Shown in pieces: positions 39,885 through 52,429 of a DNA stretch of 64,000 bases. The DNA comes from Octopus sinensis. Its lineage: Eukaryota. The translations under genes were made by a program, and so were the position numbers. The notes under the pieces are model-generated. The model was not told the DNA's origin. It ran no database searches and saw only the letters and a list, made by a program, of their open reading frames with translations. Every line of letters starts with the position of its first letter. The stretch's first letter is position 1. The DNA lies in the NCBI RefSeq assembly GCF_006345805.1, contig NC_042998.1:159650001-159714000 (forward strand). Reading direction: 5' to 3'.

Positions 39885-40295
39885 GAAAGGCGTGCCCGTG
39901 TGGTAAGATGTTTGCTTCCCAACCGCATGGTTTCAGGTTCAGTCCCACTGTATGGAACCATGGACAAGTGTCTTTTAGTATAGCCTTGAGCTGGCCAAAA
40001 CCTTGTGAGTGCATTTGGCAGATAGAAATTGAAAGAAGCCCATCATATGTATGTATGTATGTATGTATGTGTGTGTGCATGTGTGTATGTGTGTCTTTAT
40101 GTTTTCCCCACTACTACCAACACCACTTGACAACTGGTGTTAGTTTGTTTATGTCTCCAAAATGTAGCAGTTCAGCAAAATAGATTGATGGAATAAGTAC
40201 CAGACTTATAAACCAAAAATAAGTCTTGGGGTTGATTTGTTTAGCAAAACCCTTCAAGGCAGTGCTCCAGCATGACCAAAACAAGTGAAAGATCA
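39885..40295 (+). mobile_element. SINE family A
   Basis: Head, internal (TATG)n(TG)n and 3' motif are present. Confidence 0.75.
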
Positions 40296-40738
40296 AAGGC
40301 ATAGTTACTTGCTTACTGTTCATAGCTTTCAAAACTCAGAGCAAATACAAAATAGCATTGGAAATTGTAAACGTATTGGTAATTCTTCACATTCACAAAT
40401 GTATTCTTTCATATGACCTCTTTTGTTAAATTTTGCCTTAGCTTCTGTTCTATGCAAATTATATTTAAGCGTGATAAATAATGCTTTATAATGATAGCTT
40501 TGTATTTTTTTTCATCATGCTTGGTGCAATTATATTTTACCTGATTTGATAAGAGAGTTGTGAAAAACGCTTTTATGTCTTGCTAATTGGAACTAATGTA
40601 GTGTTAAGAAATGTGACTTTGTTTATGAATTAGTAAAACGTAAAAAAAGAAACACATTTTTCTTTTTAATTTAATCCATAATTATTTTGAGGCAGCAATT
40701 ATTGTATAAAATGTCAGACATTGCAATTTTATTGATTT

Positions 40739-40867
<129 letters not shown>

Positions 40868-41171
40868 CATATATATGTGTAAATACATATGTACGCAAAC
40901 ATACATGCATATATACATGCATGCATACATGTATGTATGTGTATACACGTGTGTGTGTGTGTGTGTATAGCATCAGTTGGAATGGTTTAAAGCCTAACAC
41001 AATGCTAATTTGAAATAAAGGAATGAAAACAGAAGGAAGGCAAAACAATAGTTTACACTTCAACATATACTCGGGTATTTGGAGATTAACATACCTTTGG
41101 CAAAAGAATAATGAAAGATGATATCAAATACATACATACACGCACACACATAGATGGATATGTATGTGTGC

Positions 41172-41206
<35 letters not shown>

Positions 41207-41207
41207 A

Positions 41208-41437
41208 GGCAGCGAGCTGGCAGAAACGTTAGCACGCTGGGCGAAATGCGTAGCCGTATTTCGTCTGCCGTTTCGTTCTGAGTTCAAATTCCGCCGAGGT
41301 CGACTTTGCCTTTCATCCTTTCGGGGTTGATAGATTAAGTACCAGTTATGCACTGGGGTCGATGTACTCGACTTAATCCATTTGTCTGTCCTTGTTTGTC
41401 CCCTCTGTGTTTAGCCCCTTGTGGGTAGTAAAGAAAT
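41208..41437 (+). mobile_element. Young full-length SINE family B
   Basis: Head GGCAGCGAGCTGGCAGAAACGTTAGC, B-box-like GAGTTCAAATTCC, CpGs retained, ends in (TA)n. Confidence 0.85.
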
Positions 41438-41553
41438 ATATATATATATATATATATATGTAGGAGCGGATGCTTTAGCTTAAGCCCTTAGCCCAACTGG
41501 TTTTGAGTAGCATTGGAGAGAATTGGGCAAAACTACGTGGACATTCCAGATTC

Positions 41554-41596
41554 CGACTGAAGAAGCAATTGGCTGTGTAATGATCCATGTATCTTG
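41554..41596 (+). ncRNA. Degenerate minimal hammerhead-like motif (Penelope pLTR type)
   Basis: CGA-CTGAAGA-A-GCA(ATTGGC)TGT-GTAA-TGATCCATGT-ATC-TTG. GAAA is mutated to GTAA. Confidence 0.4.
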
Positions 41597-41694
41597 TTTT
41601 GTCCTGTTTGCCGTTGTTATGCTATCATCCTATTCCTGCTTGTTGTGTTTTGACGATTTCCGTTTGTTGTTTTTAACCTTTGATATATATATAT

Positions 41695-41736
<42 letters not shown>

Positions 41737-42212
41737 ACTTGAGAGCAAGAGTGAGGGAAGGAAAACTGAAATCAGCAAACATTCGAGGAACAAAAATTAG
41801 AGGAACATATGCATACATACCAAAGTAAGCATGAATTTATATTCCAGTTACATGTATGATCATAAACATCCCACTGAACATACCACAAGTCTCAAGGCTG
41901 TATCTAGATACAGACACTGCACCAATTGTACTGCACTCAATAGACTCCAGATCCACGCTAATTGCAGCTTCCGAGTAAGATGAATAATAAACAAATAACA
42001 ACAGAAGGATAGTGGCTCACTCACTACAGCTGTTTCAGACATGTTTTTTTATTAATAAATAGAATTATTACATCATGCAAAAAAAAATGTTTTCATCAGG
42101 TGAATATATGCACTAATTAAACATTATATTGCAAGAGCATCATCCTGTAGAGGCCAAAGCAAGTGGTAAGGGACTTCTTTTTAAATAAATATAAGACACA
42201 AAAACAATGAGA

Positions 42213-42430
42213 TCACATGTCAATACTGCCAAAGGCACCCATTGATGTCACCAAACCTTCCAGCTCAGTGCACTTGGCCCAAGTTGATCCTTTACTGAAG
42301 AATGGTATTCTTCTGGTATGAATTATAATGTGCATGTCCTCATCACTAATTTCAATGTAGGCCCTAACAAAATCTAGTACCTTATACAGGAGATCCCTTG
42401 ATATACACTGGTAAAAATATACTATATCAA
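42213..42430 (-). pseudogene. Penelope-like retroelement RT fragment
   Basis: ISRDLLYKVLDFVRAYIEISDEDMHIIIHTRRIPFFSKGSTWAK...VTSMGAFGS resembles the PLE RT segment between the YPSI and MG motifs. Confidence 0.6.
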
Positions 42431-42819
42431 ACTGGGCATATATATATATATATATATAACCCCAGGCAGTAGGACCCACTGAGTATTATCTCAGAGTTCG
42501 AAATCCCATGATATGGGTATATCTGCAAATTCATTTGTGTCTTTCCCCCACAATGGCAGGTTGTCTTTTTACTCGCTCCTTGATATTGTCAGCTTGTTGA
42601 ATTTTCTTGTGATATTGTGGCTTATTTGAGTATTTTTCGACTATTATTTCTAGCAACACTGGTACTATCTGGTACCCTTAATTATAATTATAATTATAAA
42701 TTCATCTTTTTGGTTTTACGCTTGCTAGCCACTTATATTATTACTCTTTATTAATAATAATATCTTTATTTACGTATACCTATATGTATGTATATGTGTG
42801 TGTGTATATATACATATAT

Positions 42820-43215
42820 TCTTTTATTCTTTTGTTTCAGTCATTTGACAGCGACCATGCTTGAGCACCACTTTTAGTTGAGCAAATTGACCCCAGGACT
42901 TATTCTTTGAAAGCCTAGTACTTATTCTATCGGTCTCTTTTTGCTGAATGGCTAAGTTATGGGGATATAAACACACCGGCATCGGTTGTCAAGCAATGCT
43001 AGGGAACAAACACAGATACACAAACACACATACACACTCACACACATACACCTATATATATATGACGAGCTTCTTTCAGTTTCCATCTACCAAATCTACT
43101 CACAAGGCTTTGGTCAGTCAGAAGCTATAGTAGAAGATACTTACCCAAAGTGCCATACAGTGGGACTGAACCTGGAACAATGTGGTTGGTAAGCAAGATA
43201 CTTACCACACAGCTA
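42820..43215 (-). mobile_element. SINE family A
   Basis: Reverse-complement match to family A. Confidence 0.8.
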
Positions 43216-43219
43216 CTCC

Positions 43220-44055
43220 AAAATGTGTATATATATGTGTGTATGTGTGTGTGTATGTATGTATACATACACATACCTATATGTACATACACGCATAAAC
43301 GAACACACGTACACACAACAACATACACATACATACTTAAGCACATGCGCATACACGGAACAAAATGTACACATAATCCGACACACATCTCCACGTTCAC
43401 ACACACATATACACACGCACGCACATACACACAGGTACGCACATATATGCCTTACAAACACCACACGCAACCCTCCACATAACCCATGAACACACGTATA
43501 CACGAATTCACATACACACATACGCACACACACACACACACACACATGAATGCACACATACCTAACACTCACAACCCCATGCATACATGTATATAGACTC
43601 GCATACACACACACGCACACACATACACATGCACATACACATATACATGCATACACGTGCAAAAATGCACCTATACCCCCTACACAACCGCTTGTTCACA
43701 CACACACGCACACACACATACATGCATATACACACACATGTACACATGCACATACACTCACACGCACACACATATATGCACACACACGCACATACACACA
43801 TGCACATGCAAATGAATCCACACATGCCTCCCATACACACACAGCACACACTCATACATACATGCACACAATTATACATACATGTACACACACACGCACA
43901 TACAAGCACACACACATACACAGAGAAAAGTAAAGTTACTCCACACACACACACACCCACGCGTACACACATACCCACACATACATACATACACACATAC
44001 ACTGCAAACAAAACACACACACACACTACATATACATACACGCACACACGCATAT
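43220..44055. repeat. About 830-bp cryptic (CA/TA)-rich simple-sequence tract
   Basis: Continuous degenerate CACA/CATA repeats; source of the His/Thr and Cys/Val ORFs in the track. Confidence 0.9.
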
Positions 44056-44071
44056 TTCAAACTACCAGTAC

Positions 44072-44292
44072 CTATTTCTTTACTACCCACAAGGGGCTAA
44101 ACACAAAATGGACAAACAAGGACTAAGTCAATTACATCGACCCCAGTGCTCAACTGGTACTTAATTTATCGACCCCGAAAGGATGAAAGGCAAAGTCGAC
44201 CTCGGCGGAATATGAACTCAAAACCTAACGGCAGACGAAATACGGCTACGCATTTCGCCCGGCGTGCTAACGTTTCTGCCAGTTCGCCGCCC
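44072..44292 (-). mobile_element. Young SINE family B
   Basis: Close reverse-complement match to 41208-41437. Confidence 0.85.
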
Positions 44293-44638
44293 TTTCTACT
44301 GACCATTCTCCTTTATACATGTGTAGGTAGACACACAACAGGCAGCCACTCCTACCAAAATTCTTACTATAAATTCTTCCTATGACCTTTAACAATACTA
44401 AGCCCAATCACACACATACATAAACAGCCGCAACCATACACAACACACACGTGCTATCATTACGCACACACACACACAGACCTCCACACATACACACATA
44501 TACCTCCTTCTCTTGCACTCTCCTGTCTTTGAAAGAACTTTTTTTCATCCATTCCCTCCCGGTCATTTCAATATGTGACCACGTGTGTATCGTTGGCGAT
44601 TTTCTTTCTCCGTCTTCCCTTCTTTGGACTTTTTCTAT

Positions 44639-44673
44639 ATTTCTGATGAAGAGCTCCGCTCAAAACGTGAAAT
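44639..44673 (+). ncRNA. Minimal type-I hammerhead fold, degenerate (within a putative pLTR at about 44510-44780)
   Basis: Stem I ATTT/AAAT, core CTGATGA plus A, stem II GAGC(TCC)GCTC, AAAA in place of GAAA, palindromic ACGT stem III, and G at position 17. Confidence 0.55.
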
Positions 44674-45219
44674 CCCCTTTCTTTTCTTTCCTTTCCTGAG
44701 TGTCCAATAATACTGTACTTATTCCACGTCCTCGCATTGTTGTTTTTTCTTGCTTGTTCATGTTTGGATTGACTATGTATATGATACATAGATAGACAGA
44801 TATGCAAATGTATTGTTGTTGTCATTCATATTTGTGTGCATGTTTGTATACGACTATTTCAAAATACCTGCATTAGTGCATTTGTTGACATACCTGTGCA
44901 TTGTGATATGATATTCTATAAACTAATGTATATTCATTAGGAATATATTTACTGAAACATTTATGTATATGTTTATGTGTTGAACATCACATTAAGGTAG
45001 ATACAATGATAAAAACATTTCCTGGCAGGCAATGACGTTTCTTTAAGTCTGTATGTATACATTTGTACGTATTTTTATGTTCAGTTACATTTTACATAAA
45101 CTTTCTCAGTATTAATATTACTGATTTTGTTTGCTTTTAAGAATTATTATCTAAGAATATACTTGTTATATTTATACATGAGTGTGTGGGCATTTATGGA
45201 AGTGCACGTGTATATATTA

Positions 45220-45253
<34 letters not shown>

Positions 45254-45899
45254 ATGTGTGTGTGTGTCTGCGTTTATGGAAGTGTGCATGTTTATATTTC
45301 TCTCTCTCTTGTGTGTGGGAGGGTTTTAATGTTCATGATCCTTGCTGGCATGGGTTGGATGCTTTGATCAGATCTGGCAGTTCCAAAGACTGCATTATGC
45401 TTCAGTCTTTGGCATGGTTTCTAAGGCTAGATGCCAACCACTTTACAGAATGCACTGGATGCTTTTTTTGTGGCATGTGCATTTGAGTGGTCACCATGAA
45501 GCTTGCAAGACTAATATCCCCTTCAACTGAGAGAGAGCTACAACAGAGAGAGACAGGGATAGCTTTATGCTAGGAGATGGGAGGATAAAGTATGAAAGAA
45601 GAGGCCAGAACAGAACAAATTATTTGCTGATGAGCTACATAGCTACTCCCATTACAGAAGAAAGGGTAAAAATAACCAGAACAGAGCTGGAAAGAGAGAT
45701 AAAATGAGGTGCAAGGGTTAATCCTCAAGGTATAAGGTGAGTAGAAAGCATGGGTGGGTAGAGGTTGCAAAAGTGTATGAGGAGAGTGAGTGATGGTTAA
45801 AGACAGGAGATGGATAAGGAAGTGAATGAAGAACTAATTTCAAGGTATAATAAATATATGTTAGTATTTGAAGATATTTTTATGTAATTTTGGTAAATC

Positions 45900-48840
45900 C
45901 TCATCATCATTGTCATTTAACATCCACTTTCCATGCAGTCAGGTGGTTCTGGCAATGATCAGGCTCAAAAGGTGTTTTTTACATGCTACCTGCATGGGAG
46001 CCAGTCTGGTGGCACTGGCAATGGCCATGTTGATTTTCACGTGCCACCAGCACATGTGCCAGTAAGGCGACACTGGCAACAATCACACTCGAATGGTGCT
46101 TTTTACATGTCACCGGCACAGGAGCCAATCTGCATCTCTGGCAATGATCATGCTCGAATGTGCTTTTAACATTCTACTGGCATGAGTGCCAATCAGGCGG
46201 TACTGTCATCGGCCACGTCAGCGATTTTAATTTGGATTTGATATCAGTTGCCTCAATAGATCTTCGCAAACAAAGTTTATTGTCCAATGGATGAGGGGTA
46301 CTCATAAGTGGGCTGGTTACACCCACTGGCATAGACCATGGGTTATGGTCTCACTTGGCTTGTCAGGTCTTCTTAAGCACAACATATCTCCAAAGGTCTC
46401 AGTCACTGGCCATTGCCTCGGTAAGGCCCAATGTTTGAAGATCGTGCTTCACTACCTCATTCCAGGTCTTCCTGAGTCTACCTCTTCCACAGGTTCCCTC
46501 AACTGCTAGGGTGTGACACTTTTTCACACAGCTGTCCTCATTCGTTCACAACACATGACCTTATCAGCGCAGTCATCTCTCTTGCACACCACATCTGATG
46601 CTTCTTAAGTCCAGCTTTTCTCTCAGGGCGCTTACACTCTGCCGTGTACACACATTGACATTATACATCCAGCAGAGCATACAGGCTTCATTCCTTCCAA
46701 GCTTATGCATGTCCTCAGCAGCCACAGCCCATATTTCACTGTCATATAGCATGGCTGTTTGTACACATGCTTCATACAGTCTACCTTTTACTTTGAGTGA
46801 GAGGCCCTTTGTCACCAGCAAAGGTAGGAGCTCTCTGAATTTTGCCCAGGCTATTCTTATTCTAGCAGCTATACTTTCAGAGCATCCACCACCCCCTACT
46901 GGCTTGGTCCCCTAGGTAATGGAAGCTATTAACTACTAGTTTTTCTCCCTGGAATGTGACAGAAGCTGTTCTCTTCACATTTTCAGTGTTTATAGCACCT
47001 GAGCATTTGTCACATACAAAAACTATCTTCCCAGTTAGCCTTCCATTGATATTGCTGCACCCTTTATGTGTCCATAGCTTACACTGGATACATCTTATGG
47101 AGTTTCTACCTACGTTTTTTCTACAGATTGAGCGGGGCCATCAACCTGAAGGGATTGTGGTTTGTCTGCCTTCCTACTTATTAAGACTTTGGTTTTAGTT
47201 AGGTTGACACTAAGGCCCTTCGATTTTAATCCTTGCTTCAACACCTGAAACTTTTCCTCTTGTTCTGATAGTGACTCAGCAATTAGAGCAAGGTCATCAG
47301 TATAGAGGAGCTCCCAGGGACATCCTGTCTTGAATTCCTGTTATTGCCTGGAGGACTATGATTAATAAGAGTGGGCTGAGGACTGATCCTTGGTGGACCC
47401 CTACCCAGAATTCTTCACTGAACTCGTTGCCAACCCTCACCTTACTGACAGCATCCTTGTACATGGCTTGCACAGCTCTCACTAACCATTCATCTATCCA
47501 TAGTTTCCACATTGACCACCAGATAAGGGATCAGGGGACCCTGTCAAATGCTTTCTCCACGTCAACGAAAGCCAGGTGTAGAGGTTTATCTTTGGCTAGG
47601 TATTTCTCCAGCAGTTGTCTTACCAGAAATATAGCATCAGTGGTGCTTTTCCCTGGCACGAACCCAAACTGCATCTCATTTAGACTGCCTCTCTCCCTAA
47701 TTATGACCCTCTGCATGACCTTCATTACCTGATCAAACAACTTGATACCTCTGTAGTTATTTGTATCTAAAGTGTCACCTTTACCTTTGTAGCAGTTGAC
47801 TATGGTGCTGCTACACCAGTCATTGGGTATGACTCCTTCATGTATCACCTGGTTAACTGTATGGATGACTAAGCTATAGCCATCACCTCCAGATATTTTG
47901 AGCATCTCTGCGGTGATTCCTGATGGGCTAGGGGCTTTCCCTCTCCTCATACCCTTAATTGCTTTTATCTACCAAGGTACTGTCAATTCGGATAGCTGGT
48001 CCTCTGTTGTGTTGGAATTCAGAAAACTCTCTTTCTCCCATTCATTTATTTTATTGAGCAACCTTTCATAGTGGTATCTCCAAACCACTCTCTTTGCAGC
48101 CTCGTTTAATGCAAGTGAACCATCATCCATGCGGACACATTTCTCTCCTATATCATGATTCTCTCTCACATACTGTCTTGCAACATGAAATACCTCAAGT
48201 CTTTGGTTCTCATGGTGCAGAACATTGGCAAATTTTTTCCTATCTGCTTCCCCTCTGGCTAAATAGACCTGTCTCCTAGCTTCCCTTCTGGCAGTCTGAT
48301 ACAATTCCCTGCTACCAACGTTCTTCCAGTCCTTCCAAGCCTGTTTCTTTTCCCTAATGGCCCTGTCAACAACATTGTTCCACCACCACGTTACCATGGG
48401 TCGAGAGAGGACTTTGCACCATCCACAGATCTTGTCAGTGGCCCTCAGCAGGTTGTCCCGTAGAAACCTCCAGTTGTCTTCCACATTACGTGATGCTATG
48501 TCCCCCTCTATTTCATCAAAAGCTTCAAGTAATACATCTCTAAATCTCTGTCCATTCGCAGGATCGTTAAGCTTCCAGACCCTGGGTATCCGTTTAGCCC
48601 TGATCCTGAAGTCACTAACTATCAGCCTATGTTGTGGGGCACATTCTTTGCCTGGGAAGGTTTTAGCATTTATAAGCAGCCATCTTTCCCTTTTTCTGGC
48701 GAGGATGTAGTCAATTTGGCTAGTGTGTCTACCAGATCGGTATGTGACTTGGTGACTGGCAGGTTTCCTGAAGTTAGTATTGCAAACATTAAGATCATTT
48801 GCATCACAGGACTCCAGCAGCCTGGTTCCCTATATCTGTT
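45900..48840 (-). mobile_element. Large RTE LINE relic (endonuclease C-terminus, RT, 3' UTR subrepeats, tail)
   Basis: ORF 47531-47950 (GKAPSPSGITAEMLK...QFGFVPGKSTTDAIFLVRQLLEKY...AFVDVEKAFDRVP), ELLYTDDLAL at about 47290-47315, and ORFs 47969-48484 and 46573-46821; frameshifted. Confidence 0.9.
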
Positions 48841-48935
48841 CAAACAAGATGTCAGTGTTATTTTCATTTTTGCATAATTTAAACGTCAGTTTATTCACCA
48901 CAACCTTTATATCACTAAAGTGACTGAAAGCACCA

Positions 48936-49173
48936 GTCAGCACCAATATTACTAGAAATAAGAGTTAAAACATCTCATAGCCACAAGAAGCATTTCTCTT
49001 AATGACTGACAAGGGAGGCAAGTTCCCTTACTGCCTCGGTAATAGCTAGATCACAGTGATTTCGCCATACCTAAGTGCTGAGGGAGCTTGACTCCCTTGT
49101 CAGTCATTAAGATAAGTGCTTCTTGTGGCTATGAGTTCTTTTAACTCTTATTACTAGTAATATTGGTGTTGAC
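48936..49173. repeat. Long inverted repeat / MITE-like hairpin (arms of about 93 bp, 52-bp spacer)
   Basis: 48936-49028 and 49081-49173 are reverse complements with scattered mismatches. Confidence 0.85.
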
Positions 49174-49336
49174 TTATTTCAGGTAATTCTGGCCCTCTTA
49201 GTGACATTTTTATGTCATATTGGCCCTCTTAGTGATATTTCTAGTAACATTAACCATCTTAGTGACATAAATATTTCTGCCTTTTGGTTGTAAAATTACA
49301 AACAAGCCACTCTTATATTATATATATATATATAAA

Positions 49337-49826
49337 CGAGTAAAACGCCCCCCCCCCCCGTCCAATGGACAATGCTGAGTAGTCAAACATTTAAACCAAA
49401 TTTTCTCAAAACAACTTGTCCGACTGTGAGAAACACCGATTTAACCTAAATTTGAGACACCAGCAAAAGAAAAAATAAAGATAGACTTTTTTTTCTATTC
49501 CAAAGAAAAATGATTTTATTCACCCAAATATGCAACCAAAGAGTTTAAAGTACCAATAATGATAAGGCTGTTGATTGGGAGAACACAAACATGGTTTAAA
49601 CATTAAGCTTGGAGGAAAGAAACGTGCCTTTAAGCAGTACAAAAACAACAAAAAATGGAAGGTGCAGTTATGTACAGGTTGAAAGAAGAAAAGCAGGACA
49701 AAAACAGCTTTATCGATTGCATTCTCAACTGGAATCGATTTTTGTAATTTTTTCAAGACTTATACACGCCGATAGCGTTGGTATCTACATATCAAATTTG
49801 AGCGCAATCAGATTTTATATAATAGA
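49337..49826 (-). mobile_element. Candidate non-autonomous Helitron
   Basis: The minus strand starts A|TCTATTATATAAAA and ends CTCG|T (the consensus is CTRR). A GC-rich subterminal segment includes GTCCATTGGAC. No TSD is seen. Confidence 0.4.
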
Positions 49827-50180
49827 TATAAATATCTTTTTACTCTTTTACTTGTTTCAGCCATTTGGCTGGAGCACCGCCTTTAGTCAAAAACATCAAC
49901 CCCAGGACTTTTTCTTTGTAAACCTAGTACTTATTCTATCAGTCTCTTTTGCCGAAGTTACAGGGACGTAAACACACCAGCATCAGTTGTCAAGCAATGT
50001 TGGGAGGACAAACACTGACACACAAACACATACATACATATATATATATATGTGTGTGTGTGTATATATATATATATATTGGTAAAACGGTAAGATAACA
50101 AAAGAAAGAAAGAGACCTCAATATTATGTAAATAGAGGAAATTTATCTATACAATAATATGTTACATTACTCGATAGTCA

Positions 50181-50243
50181 AGATAAAACTCTGAGTTTCA
50201 GATGCCGAAATGGAAATCCACAACACCATCTCTTCGGTTATCT
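50181..50243 (-). ncRNA. Mirror copy of the hammerhead fold on the minus strand
   Basis: Exact reverse complement of 50424-50486 within the palindrome. Confidence 0.65.
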
Positions 50244-50423
50244 GGCTATTTGAAAACGCTATGAAAAAATACCGTTATATAAAGGGAAATTACTGTGTTA
50301 TAACTCTGCTTGCCTGCGTACTTATACATCGCGAGCGATGTATAAATACGCAGGCAAGCAGAGTTATAACACAGTAATTTCCCTTTATATAACGGTATTT
50401 TTTCATAGCGTTTTCAAATAGCC

Positions 50424-50486
50424 AGATAACCGAAGAGATGGTGTTGTGGATTTCCATTTCGGCATCTGAAACTCAGAGTTTTATCT
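50424..50486 (+). ncRNA. Type-I hammerhead ribozyme fold
   Basis: Stem I AGATAA/TTATCT, core CCGAAGA (U4C), stem II GATG...CATC with inner TGGA/TCCA hairpin, extra T, GAAA, stem III ACTC-A-GAGT, GUU cleavage triplet. Confidence 0.65.
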
Positions 50487-50518
50487 TGACTATCGAGTAA
50501 TGTAACATATTATTGTAT

Positions 50519-50589
<71 letters not shown>

Positions 50590-50748
50590 TATACATATAT
50601 ACAACAGGCTTCTTTCAGTTTCCGTCTGCCAAATCCACTCATAAGGCTTTAGTTGGCCAACACTATAGTAGAAAACACTGAACCTGAAACCATGTAGTTC
50701 GTAAGCAAGCTACTTACCACACAACCACTCCTACGCCTATATATATAT

Positions 50749-50793
<45 letters not shown>

Positions 50794-51118
50794 TTAGATA
50801 GAAAGGTATACCTATAGATAAATATACATATATATGGAGTGATGCAGTAGTGTGATCTGAAAAGATCTTGATACAGGAAGTTAGTAAGCATCAAGCATGT
50901 ACATGGCTTGTATAGATGGCAAAAAGCAGATGATACTCTATCAACAATGTTTATTAATCAGCATATGTTGTTACAAGTTATATAAACCATGTTAAGGTTG
51001 GTTTGGAAACATATGTATTCTTAATTTATCTTCTCCATTCTCTACACTTTTCAATATACGTGTGTGTGTGTGCCTGCATGCATGTATGGGTTGCATCATT
51101 ATTATATATACATGATTT

Positions 51119-51161
<43 letters not shown>

Positions 51162-52429
51162 CCTTGTAGTTGCATGGATGGATAGATGGGTTGATGCATG
51201 CATGTGTATATACATTTATGTATGAAAGTATGCATCTATATATACATCTGTGTGTATATTGAAATCATAATAGTGCTCAAGTTTTGCATTTAAATATTAA
51301 ATATTTTTTGTATTTTCTTATTCATCTTTTGTATTTTCTTCAAAATGGTAAAGTTCCTTAGCGTATTAATCATTCTTGTTCTTTCCAAACATATCCTCAT
51401 AATGAAATGGTTATTAGCAGACAGGAATCATAGGAATGGTGGTGGTGATGCTGCTGCTGCTGATAATGATGTTGATGACAATGGATGATGATGACAGCGA
51501 TGATGATAATGATGATGATAATAATGATGGTGATGGTGGGGGGGGAAGAGAGTGACAACATCAACAATAATAATGATGATGCAGATAGTAGTGGTGATCT
51601 TGATGGTTATGGTAATGGCAGTGGTGGTTGTGGTTATGATGATTATGATGATGATGCCATTATTGCAGGATTTTTTTTTTTCTACTGATAACTCCAGGTT
51701 TCATTCAGCTATCAGGAAGTCATCTCTTTAGTGAGGTACACTATCTGCATGTTAACTTCTGCATCCTATTTTGATATTAATACAGCTTCCATGATTATTG
51801 TTCTACATATGTGTGCATGTGTGTATGCCTATGAACATATACATACATACAGATACATATATACATATATGTATGTATGTATGTATGTATGTATTACGTT
51901 TGTGGTGTTATCAACTGATATTTTCGCAGCTTGTTTCGTATTATGTTGTGTAATATGTTGCAAAAAGATTTTTGTGTTGTAAATACATGTTGAGTCATTT
52001 AGAAAATATCATATATGTATGGCCATTATAACTACTAGAATCATGAAGTTTACAACTTGCATGTGCTGCATATAAATTCGTAAATTACATTTGTTGCATA
52101 AAGTTTATTCTGCAGCTTGCAGATATGTAGCTTTTGTTGCAGAAGAGGGTATTTTTTACTTGGTTTTTTGCTTTGTTTTTTTCCTTTTGTTGTACTGTAA
52201 TATATTATTAATGCTTGTTTACGATTAAATGTAATACACAATCTGATCCTGTCATAAGTATTTTGTCAACATATTCTACTCTACAAACTTTTCGTCTATC
52301 TATTACATATTATGTGTAGTTTGTTTTTCACTTGATGTAGTATGTGTTGTATTTACTGAGCTGAATTTGCTTGTCTATTGTTTTACAGCTTGGTCCATTA
52401 ACATCTTATATATTATACAATAGTGTTTG

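Larger units (their letters stand above)
50144..50523. repeat. 380-bp near-perfect palindrome (189-bp arms, 2-nt spacer GA, one mismatch)
   Basis: The arms were compared base by base. The only mismatch is C50321 opposite A50346. Confidence 0.95.
49840..50735 (-). mobile_element. SINE family A split by an insertion in its internal microsatellite
   Basis: 3' half at 49840-50040, 5' half at 50600-50735, foreign insert at 50079-50523. Confidence 0.8.

Noticed and set aside
43125-44126. Long ORFs of 100-180 aa rich in His/Thr or Cys/Val
   Set aside because: They are read-through of (CA)n/(TA)n simple repeats. The same applies to most ORF-track entries (IYIY, DDDD, GGGG, IIII).
45627-45650. CTGATGA-GCTA(CA)TAGC
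   Set aside because: It is followed by TACT rather than GAAA and lies in a decayed LINE-associated sequence.
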